Origin: Marsupella aquatica
Lineage: Eukaryota; Plantae; Marchantiophyta
Assembly (NCBI GenBank): GCA_973895155.1
Contig: OZ316897.1
Coordinates: forward strand, 5,039,976-5,103,975
Length of the DNA stretch: 64,000 bases
Direction of reading: 5' to 3'
The first letter of the stretch is position 1, and the number at the start of each line of letters is the position of its first letter. The notes beneath the pieces were generated by a model. The model was not told the origin of the DNA. It saw only the letters and a program-made list of their open reading frames with translations, and searched no databases. Below are positions 12,283 to 24,500 of the stretch, in pieces. The position numbers and the translations under genes are program-made.

Positions 12283-13657
12283 TTCAATGAACAATGGGCC
12301 AGTTTGAGGAGGATTAAGAAGCGCGCACCCCACGTTCTTGTGTGGTGGTTGGGTGGGGTTTTGTTTGATAGAAGAAGAAATCACCATTCTCTTATGGAAG
12401 AAAGAAAATCATAGGAAACAGTGGGCGGGAGAACAAGGCATGTAATAGAGAACAACGAGGCATGTAATAGAGTACTTGCGGTTACTCTAACGGTGCACGA
12501 ACACTCACCTTTGTCTTCCGCTTTGTCTGTTGTGGCCAACAAATCCCAGAGCGCTGCCGAGCTTGGTGGTTGCTTGATGGTTGAAAGTGCGCAGCTCACG
12601 TCCCTACCTCAATGTCCAACTCAATGTGGGATGCAACAGCTTCTCTTGGTCGCATCTCCTCTTCGTCGCATCTCCTCTTGGTTGCATCTCCTCCTTGTCG
12701 CAGCTCCTCTTGGGGTTCACAGCTAGCGCGCAACAGCGCTCGATGGTTGACAATGCGCAGCTGAGCTAGGAGAAGAACTGAATGACTGTGGCTGCTCTTC
12801 TCTGTAGTCCAAGCACCCGGCTGGCAGAATGCTACGACACCTGAAAGAAGCGCACTTTCAGCTGCATGGCCGGGACTAACCTTTGGCTGATGACACTGAT
12901 AACCAATGGCAGCACTGTCAACTGCTTCCTCCTAACAAACAACCGGCTCCCGATTCTGCAACTGCTCTTTAAGCTCCACGACCTCCTTCACAACTCCAAT
13001 GTCCACCTTCCGCAGTGGTTGCCTTCCACAGCGCCTTCACAACTCCAATGTCCACCTTTCGCAGCAGCAAACGATTGCCGCCCTGCTCACGCCTCCTTTG
13101 AATGCCTCGGCAACCTTAAGGACACACTACAATTAAACTTCCGCAGCAATCGCCTCACCTTACGATAGACCTTGGCACCGCAACACCTTCCCAGATCACA
13201 GCTGCTCCCCTCAGCTAAACCCTCAGCGCCTCAGTCCCCAGATCACAGCTCCTCCCGAACTGCAACTCACTCAAAACCTAAGCACTCAGGAGTGCCCTCG
13301 ATAATGAACAATGGAGCAACTCAGATCGGAAGCAAAGAGTCCTGCGACTATAAAAGCCTTGGAACAGTACGCAGCCGCGCAAAACCTCAACATTTGACAG
13401 GCATTCGATGCTCTACCCTAACCAACACTCACTAAACCAAGACTTAGTGTGGCCGTCTCCTCAGCAGCTCGCGATCCGTAGACACTGATTGTAGCTCGGC
13501 AGAGGACAACCGAGGGTCAAGTTTGTAAGAATCCCCCGTTTCCCTCGCAAAAGCCTTTGCAAAACCCCGATCCTCCCACCCCGTCTCCCTAAACTGTGCG
13601 ACCCTAAACTCCCTCCGGCTGTTGTGTTAGTGCCCCTACAGAGAGAATGAGGGGACA

Positions 13658-16600
13658 AAAACAAGATCGTCGGCATTCGGGAAGCCATCAACCGCTGCAA
13701 TGACATACACTGGGAGTTGAAGGGTAGCACGGAGGGGTGGACAAAGGCAACCATGCTAGGAGATACATCCACGGCAGCCGAGATGAAGAGGAAAGGAAAC
13801 AACAACAAAGAGGCCACCCCGACAAAAAGAACGAGGTCGGCGGCACCAAGGAAGCCAGCAAAGCAGGGAAGCAAGGAAGCAGGAAGCAGGAGGCAGGTGG
13901 AAGCCAAAGAGGAGGAGGTCAATCCCATCAATGCCATTCCAACAAAGGATGACACCTGGAAAGGTTGGGTGGCGACCCTACCAGAAGAGGTGCAACTGCA
14001 TTTTGCACGGGAGGAGGATGCATGCTTTATGGCCATGCAGACCAAGAAGTATCAGGGCTTCATGGCCGGATCCGGCTTGGCAGCCTTTGTAAAATTACCA
14101 TGGCTGAAGCCGGAGGTGCCGGATTCAGACTTATTAGAATTTGTGGGGTCATGGGAGCCCGAGACCAATTCCATGAGGGTGTATGGGAAGGATTTCTATC
14201 TCACGCCCCAGGTAATTGCCGAAGTGTTTGGCTTGCCGATGGGCAATAAGACCAAAGTTGATACCAGGAAGACCTTTCCAGACAAGGAGTTCTGGTCGTT
14301 TCCAGGGCCATCAACAAAGAATGGCTTCTTCCGGAACACCTACACCAACCTGCACATCGGAGAGATGATCAATTTCTTGCGGGTGACCATGCATTGCAAC
14401 TTGCCGAGGGCAGAGATCGGCAAGGCACAGGTCTACCTGGCAAAGAGGCCAGACCCAAGCCGGGACTACAACGGGTACCTCCTCAACCAATTGAAGAAGA
14501 TCTTGAAGGAGGAACAACTGGTGATCGGTGTAGGAAGCGTGTCCCGGCTTGGCTATCACATGCCACTGTTGTGCCGGTATGCCAGAAGTCAGATCTTTGC
14601 CCCAGTACTTCCCCTGTAGGAGAGGGCACCAGAGGAAGTCCCGAAGCAAAGGCCGGCAATAGAGGAGCCCAACCAGCCCGCCAGTCCTACAATCGAGCAT
14701 ATGTTTTGGCCAAGAAAAGAAGACTTGCCAATACAGCAATCAAGCATGCAGAATCTATTGAAATTGCTGGAAAAGGAGAAGAGAACGGCACCGGCAACGG
14801 TACCGGCAACGGTACCGGCACCGGTATAGGTGACTGCCCCAGAGGTCGGCCTAAGCCGACTCAGGAGGGAAAACCCCTTTACCGGAGCCAAGGTGAGAAG
14901 GAGGCCAGAACACAAGTCGGGAGTTCGAATGTATGTGGGAGCCTCCAGCCCCGAATTGGAGGCAGAGCAGCCTAAGGCTCCTGCCCGTGGAAAGCAATGG
15001 GAGAAGACAGCCTGGAAGCCAGAGGAGGAACCAGGACCCGTGATCTGTGAGGCCGTTTTTACGGTGGGACCAGGAGAACTGAGGGGGAAGTCGGGAGTCC
15101 AAGCAATGGAGGAGGCGGTGGAGGACTACAGCAATGATAACTCCGGCTATGGGTCGGATCATCATGTACCAGGAGTAAGAACTTATGGCCGCTTTATCCC
15201 CACGCTTCCAAGAGTAGTTCGAGGGGATCCCACCCAACAGAGCAGCCCTGAGTCCCCCCCACCAGATGTCGCTCCCCCGAGCTTTGACGGCATAAAGCAG
15301 ACGGCACAAGAGTTTCAGGAGCGACTCAAAGAGGAAGAGAAGGCAGCCCTGGCTAGGGAGAAAGATTTACCAGGAGGAGATTGGCCGGAGGACATCAGGC
15401 GGCTTGCCAAAAAAAGAAGCAACCCTCTTGCCACCATAGAAGAAATCTGCAAGGCGGCTTGGGAACAGAGGCCGAGGTGGTTGATGCCGATGACTTCTAT
15501 TTACTCCACCTATGCTAAAGATAGAGCCATGGAGTACGGGGAGATGTGTGGGGAACTTGCGCTCAGCATCTTTGGGGAGGAGTTGGAGCAGGGACCCTTT
15601 TTCCAGAGGGAGATATTGGAGAAGCACCAATTAGAAGAAGCGGTAGCTTTGGAGAGAAGCAAGAAGGACGAGGTCATCCGACGGCTTAGGGAGAAGGAAG
15701 CCAAGGTGGAAGACCTAAAGGCGGCCAAGAAAGCCCAAGATGAGCTACGGATTAAACGGCATGACCTAAACATCATGTAGGGGCAGTTGGATACCGCGCA
15801 GTCTGATAATCAGATTATCAAGGATAAACTGACTCAGACCCAAGGAGAGTTGGCCAAGGCGGTCAAAGAAAGGGAGAAGTGGAAGCGAGAGTTGAGAGAC
15901 GCAGAGTAGGCCCACATAGCAGCCAACAATCGGGCCATGGCGGAGACTCAGAGAAGGGAGAGGGCGTTGAAGGGGGAACTCGAGGATATCCGCGGAGCCC
16001 TTGAGCAGAAGGAGGCCGAGTTAGGGAAATCCTATCAGGCGATTATCGTGTTGCGGCAGGAGCTTGCATCCATGACAGCCAGCTTCAAGGCCGACCTCCG
16101 CGAGAAAGACGACCAGCTCGACCAGACTTATGCCAAGATGAATAAAATGGAGTTTGAGGTCGTGGCGGAGCTCGACAAGGAGCTGAGAGCAACCCAGGAG
16201 GAGAGGGCAACCTTAAAGAAGGAATTGGAGGAAGCCCAGAAGGAGCGGGAGGAAGCGCGCAAGGACCTAGATGAATTGCAGGAGGAGTTGGAGGAAAGCA
16301 TGCAGAAGATGGAGAACTTACAGCGGCGAGTCGACAACCAAACGGAGCGGCTAAAAAAACAGGCCGCAGTATTTAAGTGCTTGGCTTCCTCAGGACCAAC
16401 TCCAATCGGGGCAACCAAGTTACCTGGTGTAGTACTGGCCGAAGGACAAGCCGAGACACTCGCACCGGTGCCGGAGGTAAGTGGCAAGGGGAAGGGGCCA
16501 GTTGCCGAACCAAAGAAGAAGAAGAAGCGGAAACCTTCGGGGTCAAGGAGTAATACGGCTCCTCAAGCCGGCGTGACCAAGGAGGTAAACCCAACACCAG

Positions 16601-17651
16601 GCAGGGTCACGGCAGAGGATCCAACTGCCCTAGAAGGCGGGGATGATGAAGCCAGGCCAGGATACTCGGTGATGAAGCCGGGGTACCGGATCCATCACTA
16701 GAACATGCCGAGGAGGCCGTAGCCGATGCTGAGGCCAAAGCCGAGGGTGGACCCAATCAGGCCGATGGAGAGTTGACTTGGTTAGGAGCAGGTAATCTGT
16801 CAGAGGACGGACCAACGGCAGTGGCTGCGGGGGAAGCGTTGGAGGCGTCCATTGAGGATCCACCACCAGTGTCATGACGGTGCAAGGGCGCCGTTCCTTT
16901 TAGGAAGGGTGGACGTGGAGGTAGGAGGCGTGAGTGGGCAGGGTGGGCTTGGATCTCCAAGTTTAGGCTGAGGATTAGGACCAGGAGACGGCCCTGACAC
17001 TTAGATTAGTGGGATTGCGGATCCACTGGTAGGAGCAACACTTGTGCTCCTGCCTCGTTGTACATAGGTAGATTATAGGTAGGATAGATTAAGCTTACGC
17101 TACGAGGAATTGGCGGATCCACTACCAGGATAAGTACCTGGGCAGCGGGGAGTCCAGGGCCTCTTCTTTAGCAAGTTTTTAGTTGCACCAGCAGGGCTGG
17201 GATCAAGTAGTAAGAGAAGCTCTCGGTTAGTTATACAATGAATATATACAAGGGTCATTGTATAACTAACCGAGATCATTCCGGCGGGGAGATCAACTAA
17301 CAGAGAGAAGGGAAGTAAGCAAGGGAGTGAGAGTTGGATGTGTCGAGCTGAGAGAGGTCTTAGCGGCTTAACCAAGCCAATTGGGGATCATTCCGGCGGC
17401 AGAATCCAAACATACTTAAAGGAAAACCGAGAGGGGAGGACAAGGGAAGGTCGAGAATAGGCCGGCTACGTATCTCATGACCCGATGAAGGATCTATCCA
17501 GTATATGTGAGTAAACTGTTAATAGCAATAGTAGTAGAAGAGGTTAGCAGCGTCCCATGCCGCTAAAGCCGCGAAATTGGCCTCGCCAAGAGCGAAACCT
17601 GTGGGAATCGGCTTGTGAGAGGGGTTTCTTGGGTTTAGGGGACGCACCACA
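13658..17651 (+). repeat. 5' LTR of family A (first ~600 bp missing) with a disrupted copy of the LTR ORF (~13717-16877)
   Basis: Co-linear with solo LTR 21537-26205 from its position ~22138 onward; ORF pieces 13717-14619, 14830-15780 and 15937-16701 are broken by stops and frameshifts. Confidence 0.88.
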
Positions 17652-17655
17652 TTTT

Positions 17656-17673
17656 TGGCGCTAGATGGAGGGG
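17656..17673 (+). promoter_or_regulatory. Primer binding site, tRNA-Asn type
   Basis: TGGCGCTAGATGGAGGGG after a 4-nt gap from the LTR end; one mismatch to the complement of the plant tRNA-Asn 3' end as I recall it (TGGCGCTAGAAGGAGGGG). Confidence 0.78.
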
Positions 17674-17720
17674 GCAATTCTTAAGCCGTGAGATATGAAG
17701 ATAGGAAGAAAGTATAGGTA

Positions 17721-20656
17721 ATGACTAAACCTACGCCAAGGGAAGATAGAGCGATTCAACGGGAGAGAGCTTGTCTGCAGCAGCTCGCCGGGTGGCATGA
17801 TACACAACGACTAAGAGGGGCAAAAAGAGCTAGTAGCTTTGTAACTGAAAGTGGCATCGAAGAAGACATACCAGAAGAAGAGTTGGCAAGGAGAAGTGAG
17901 TCTCCAATCGACATGGGGGAACCAGAGGCACAGCCAAACGAGAGGCCAGGGACCAGACTGAGCCAACGGTCGCGCATTCATTACAAGGCCTTTCATGGAA
18001 GAGGAGATGAGGATCCGGACGAATGGTTGGATGACTTCGAAGGAACCGCTGCAGCAAATGGAGAATCGGCCATCAAGATGCAAATTCTTCCCGGCCTGTT
18101 CAAGGGTGAGGCTAGACCTTGGTACAGAGCATTGGACGTGGAAGATCAAGCCATCTGGCATACCTTCAAATCACTATTTGTCAAAGAGTTTCGACCCATT
18201 GGAACTTCAGAGTTAGCAGTGCTGAAGTTGGGACGACTTCGGTTCAAGGAGAACAAATCTTTCAAGAAGTTCTTGCAACGCTTCCAAAAGCTAGTAAGAC
18301 GTACAAAGACCAATGCATCTAAAGGTATGCAACTTCAATGGTTAGTGAATGCTTTGCCACAGAAGATGAGTTTTGCAATTAGGAAGGAGAACCCAGAGAC
18401 TTTAGCCAAGGCAATTAGAGATATTCAATTATACATTAATGCAGATATCACTAGCCGGAAGAAACAACTTAAGTTTGAGAGTTCCTCATCGGAGGAAGGA
18501 TCAACCCATAAGAAAAAAGATAAGAAAAAGAAACATTCTAAGAAGTCAAGAAGTGATAACTCAAGCTCGGATAGTGGAAGTAGCAAGAGTGAGTCATCTT
18601 CTAGTTCTGAAGAAGAAAAAACTAGGAAAAAGAAGGGCAGAAGGAGGGGGAAATTGAAAGTCAAGCTAGAGGCTAAAACACCAGATAACATCGTAGCCCT
18701 TACCAAGCAGCTTAAGACTATAATAGCAGAGGTAAAGCCGAAGAAGAAGGTAGTACAGGAGGATAGCTCTGTATGGTGTGCCCTATGTTATAAAACCGGA
18801 CACCATAAAGATGCATGTCCTAAACTCAATACCAGTCATGTTCGGCATGTAGTGAGGTCAGACAATGTCAGGGAGAAGTAGAGTACTTTCTAGGGGATGC
18901 CGCTGACAGTGTTTTTGGCATCAGTGAGACTGGAGCACGAGACTTATCCAACCGACCTGCATCTCTCTGGGCAAGATTAAGGAACAATCCCGGAGAAATG
19001 TATCCTTGGATTATTCAGAATCCGTCAGTACCTCCTAGGCCGAATGTGCAACGATTTGCGGCATGCTATAATTGTGGTCAACCTGGCCATTTTGCTAGAG
19101 AATGCCCGAATGCACGCAAACAAGGTGATGGACAACCAGCTCAGCTATGTATGGGATGCCGGCAGGAGGGTCACATGCTAGGACAATGTCCTACTTGGTT
19201 GGCAGGCCTGGCCGCAAATCATAAGCTCTTGCCGATCAAGGTCTTGCCGCCAGGTACTACCCCCGGAGGAGTTCAAATCAACCACATCGAACTCGGATGG
19301 CAAACGGATGCCGAGGCAGAGTTTGGACCATCTGATGATGAGGTCGAGGCCCTATCAACCTTCTCAGAAGAGGATTTAGATCATGATTGCTACCGGGTCT
19401 CTACTTGATCTACCAGAAGGAAGGAAAGGTGGGATGGGCTGGCCAAAAATAAAGGGAAGGTTAAGGAAGAAAAGATCGACTCTTCGTCAACATCAATGGA
19501 AGGAGAAGGAAGGGCGCCAGCAACACAGGTAAGCCATGAGCCCACCAGTAAGCCCAATCCTTCACAGGATAACGACTTCAATCGAGATCACCCTGAGTTG
19601 TTTTACCCGTCTATTACGGCTAGTGTTAAGGAACAACTGCGAGAATTGGAAACTCTGGAGAATACTGAAGCCATAGCTAAGGATGTGAAACGATCAAAAG
19701 CATTGTTTGCTTCAGAGGATCCAAGGGCTGTGGAAACTAGCGTGAAAAAACCAGCAAAAGCCCATACAGAGACACCGGCAGAAGAGAAGCCGATAGTCCC
19801 CTATGACTTGGCTAAAGATGTACTAGAATCTAGAGTCTCGGCAACAGTAGGTCAACTATTGAAAAATAGCCCGTACTTTCGGAAGCAGTTAAGAAAAGCC
19901 ATTCTTGGCAAGCCAAGATTACCCAAGGTAGCAACCAGATCCGACGTGTTGATGATAGAAGAAGATCAAGGAGCCCCAGCACTACCATTAATGATTCAAG
20001 GAGAAATATTACTAAGGGTACCCATCGATGGGGGATCAGGGGTATGTATTATGATTGATTCAATAGCAAAAGGATGGGGACTAACGCCGGAGATGACTGG
20101 AGGAGTGTTGAACATGGCCAATGGGTATCAGGTCATTCCCACGGGAGTGTTAACCGGCATCAAGACTGAGATAGGAGGGATTTTCTTTAGCATTAACTAT
20201 GTAGTAATGAAGCCGGTAAACCCTACGTCATTTCGGCTATTGATTGGCAGGCCATGGCTGTATCTAGCCAAGGTAATAGAGGATTGGGGGAAGAAGGAGT
20301 TCACTTTTGGAACCCCCGCTATCATGGTATCTTGGGACACCAAGGATGACCGAAGGAGAAGCATCAGGGAGGTAGACGGGTATGACAGTGGACTCGAGTC
20401 AGCAGATGAGGTACATTGGCTAGAATGCCTCACTAACCTGACCGAAGAAAGTATCTTTGGACCAGAGGTATCCCCCAGCGGACTATGGCAAGAACCTATG
20501 GAGAGTGACTTGGAGGAATATGAAGACGAAACCGAGGACTGCTTTGCCATAGAGTCCACCTTTTTAGCTTCAATTCCGGAGGAAGCACAAAAAGTGGACC
20601 AGTTGGATGAAACGGCTAAGTGGGGAGATGCACCCGAGCCAGTGGATTTTCCTTAG
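17721..20656 (+). pseudogene. Family A gag-protease, broken into three ORFs
   Basis: Gag FHGRGDEDPDEWLDDFE; three CCHC knuckles (CALCYKTGHHKDAC, CYNCGQPGHFAREC, CMGCRQEGHMLGQC); protease PIDGGSGV...LLIGRPWL. Confidence 0.88.
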
Positions 20657-21536
20657 GCGTTGTGGCAGAGCCGGCAGGATCCACAACGCCATCCATCATC
20701 GGCCATAAAGTAAATACCATGGAATCGGCATACAAGCCGATTACAAGGGCAGAACAAATTGAGGCCCTATTAGAAGGCCGAAGAGCACAGTGACCTGACC
20801 CTCAAGCAGGAATGGATGAGATACACAGAAATAAGCCAGAGCCTAGGCCGGAAGGGAAGCCAATCACCAATTCAGAACCAAATAGTTCGGCGAGGGGTCA
20901 CTCTACAGATAACCAGGTAGAAACCGACTCGGCTAGTACGGCTCAGATTCCAGTTTATGGAGGTATGAGACTGGAGAGGCTACAAGCCGAGCTGGACCCA
21001 AATTTGAAGAAGCAGATTAATATGATCCAAGCACGGCAATATCGGAAGCTTGACTTAGGAGAAGGAAGGGAACTGAACTTAGGGCGGGACCTAGCACCTG
21101 AGCTTGAGAAGGAGATCAATGAATTACTAATTGAATTTCAGGATGTGTTCGCATGGAGTCACCAAGATCTGAAGCGAGTAGACCTAAAATTAGGAGAACA
21201 CCGAATTGATCTAATGTTAGGGGCCAAATCATTTCGACAACCAATTCGAAGGATGAACCCTAAGTATTCCCTGATGGTCAAAACTGAAATCGACAAACTA
21301 GTGGAAGCCGGATTCATCACTCTAGTCCTACATTCAGACTGGGTGTCTCCAATTGTGATAGTTCCCAAGAAAGCTGGACCCAATGGTAAACCCAAGATCC
21401 GGATTTGTCAGGATTACAGGAAGTTGAATGAGGCTACGTTAAAAGACCATTTTCCTTTACCCTTTACTGATATGGTACTAGACATGGTAGCCAGTCATGA
21501 ATTATACTCATTCATGGATGAGTACTTTGGTTATAA

Positions 21537-24500
21537 TGTGATGCCTAGACAAGAATCACTCGGCCGGTTAAGTGGGTAAAGCAGGAAGGCACCCTAGGAA
21601 CACCTTAGTATAGGGACAAAACAAGGAAAATATAAACAATTAGGGGCAACCATGGAACCCGGGCCGAGGCCGGAGGTAAGGCTGAGGGTGAAAACCCGAT
21701 TAGGGTTAGGGCGCGTTAAGCGTCGGCGGCTAGGAAGGATCAACGGGAAGAAGGACCGGCGGAGGAGAGGGGTAAGGAGCGCTTGCAGGAGATGGTGGCT
21801 CATTTGCGAGCACGAACTAGGCAGACGACTACGGGAGGCCAACTACTGTCAGCTGCTTAGGCAAGCACTCGGGGAGAGAGTAGATACCGACGATCGACCT
21901 AAGGAGGGTATGAGCAACGTCAATCAAGCGGCACATTTCTGGGGATGCCTGTTCGAACGGGCAACTGAGTACATCAAGACTTACGAGGACGAGGAGTCAG
22001 AAAGGGCAGCTCGAGAACGGCAGGAGCTCGCTCGATTGTGGGAGCTGCAGAAGACGGCTTTCTTAGGAGGCAAACTCATCAAGGACGAGTTCCTGTGGAC
22101 GCCTACTTCCAATCAACTCGACGATCTTCTGTTTTGCAAAAACAGCATCGTCGGCATCCGAGAGGCCATCAAGAACTGCAACGACATGCACTGGGAATTA
22201 AAGGGTAGCACGGAAAGGTGGACCCAGGCAACGGTGCTAGGAGAAACCTCCACGGCAGCAGAGATGAAGAGGAAGGGAGCCGTCAACGATGAAGCCACCC
22301 CGGCAAAAAGAACGAGGTCGGCGGCACCAAAGAAGCCAGCCGAGCAGCAGAACAGGAGGCAGGGAGAAGCCAAAGAGGAGGAGGTCGATCCCATCAAGGC
22401 CATTCCAACCAGGGATGACACCTGGAAGGGCTGGGCGGCAACCCTACCGGTGGAGGTGCAACTACATTTTGCACGGGAGGAGGATGCATGCTTTACGGCC
22501 ATGCAGACCAAGAAGTACCAAGGCTTCATGGCCGGATCCGGCTTGGAGGCCTTTGTAAGATTACCATGGCTGAAGCCGGAGGTACCGGAGTCAGACCTAT
22601 TAGAATTCGTGGGGTCATGGGAACCCGAGACCAATTGCACGAGGATATATGGGAAGGATTTCTATCTTACTCCCAAGGTAATTGCCGAAGTGTTTGGCCT
22701 GCCGATAGGCAATAAGACCAAAGTTGATACCAGGAAGACCTTGCCTGACAAGGAGTTCCGGTCGTTCCCCGGGCCATCAACGAAGAATGGCTTCTTCCGG
22801 AACACCTGCACCAACCCGCACATAGGAGAGATGATCGACTTCTTGCGGGTGACCATGCATTGTAACTTGCCGAGGGCAGAGATCGGCAAGGCACAGGTCT
22901 ATCTGGCAGAAAGGCCAGACCCAAGCCGGGACTACAACGGGTACCTCCTCAACCAATTGAAGAAGATCTTAAAGGAGGAGCAGCAGGTAATCGGCATGGG
23001 GAGCGTGTCGCGGCTGGGCTATCATATGCCGCTGTTGTGCCGGTATGCCAGAGGTCAGACTTTTGCCCCGGTACTTCCCCTGCAGGTAAGGGCACCCGAG
23101 GAAGCTCCAACGCCGAGGCCGTTGGCTGAGAAGCCTCAACCACCTGTTAGTCCTACGATCGAGCAGGTGTTTAGGCCCAGGAAGGAGGACTTGCCGATGC
23201 AGCAACCAGGCATGCAGAGTCTGCTGAAACTACTGGAGAAAGAAAAGAAATCGGCATCGGCAACAACAACGGCAATGGCAACAATGCAGGACACTACTAC
23301 AGAGGTAGGCCTACACCGGCTCACAAGAGAAAACCCCTTTGCTGGAGACAAGGAGAGAATCAGGCCGGAATCCAAGCCAGGTGTTCGAATGTACGTGGGA
23401 ACCTCAAGCTCCGAATCTGAGGCAGAATTGCCTGAAGCTCCTACCGACGAAGAGGAGAGGGAGAAGCCGGACGTCCAAGAGGTAGAGGAGGCAGTGGAGG
23501 ACTGCAGCCATGATAATTCCGGCTATGGGTCGGACCATCACGTTCTAGGAGTAAGGACCTGTGGCCGGTTTGTCCCCACACTTCCAAGGGTAGTGCGAGG
23601 GGACCCCAACCAGCAGAGTAGCCCTGAGTCTCCCCCACCAGATGTTGCTCCCCCGAGCTTTGACGGCATAAAACAGACGGTGCAGGAATTTCAGGAGCGA
23701 ATCAAGCAGGAGGAGGAGGCCGCCCTGGCTAAGGAAAAGGATTTACCAGGAGGAGATTGGCCAGAGGACATCAGGCGGCTAGCCAAAAAAGGAAGCAAAC
23801 CTCTAGCCATGATTGAAGAGATCCGCCGGACGGCTTGGGAGCAGAGGCCGCGATGGGCGATGCCGATCACTTCTACTTACTCCACCTACGCTAAGAATAG
23901 AGCCATGGAGTATGGTGAGATGTGTGGGGAACTTGCGCTCGGCATCTTTGGAGAGGAGTTGGAGGTAGGACCCTTTTTCCATAGGGAGCAGTTGGAGAAG
24001 CACCAATTAGCAGAAGCGGTGGCTTTAGAGAGAAGCAAGAAGGACGAGGTCATTCGGCGGCTTAGGAGGATGGAAGCCGAGATTGAAGATCTAAGGGCGG
24101 CCAAGAAAGCCCAAGATGAACTGCGGATTAAACGACATGAGCTGAACATCATGCAGGGGCAGTTGGACACCGCGCAGGCTGATAATCAGAATATCAAGGA
24201 TAAACTGACTCAGACGCAGGAAGAGTTGGCCGACACGATCAAAGAGAGGGAGAAGTGGAAGCAAGAGCTGAAGAATACAGAGGAGGCCCACATAACAGCC
24301 AACAGCCGGGCCATGGCGGAGACCCAAAGAAAGGAATGGGCGTTGAAAGGGGAGCTCGAGAAAATCCGCGGAGCCCTTGAGCAGAAGGAGGCCGAGTTAG
24401 GGAAATCCTATCAAGGGATTATGGCACTGCAGCAGGAGCTTGCGTCCCTGACGGCCAGCTTCAAGGCCGACCTAAGGGAGAAGGACGAGATGCTCGAACA

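Noticed and set aside
13441-13450. TAGTG as the right end of the CACTA element
   Set aside because: The adjacent bases do not match the reverse complement of CACTAGTAGAAACC, and there are no subterminal repeats.
17656-17673. tRNA gene
   Set aside because: Only an 18-nt complement (the PBS); no cloverleaf.
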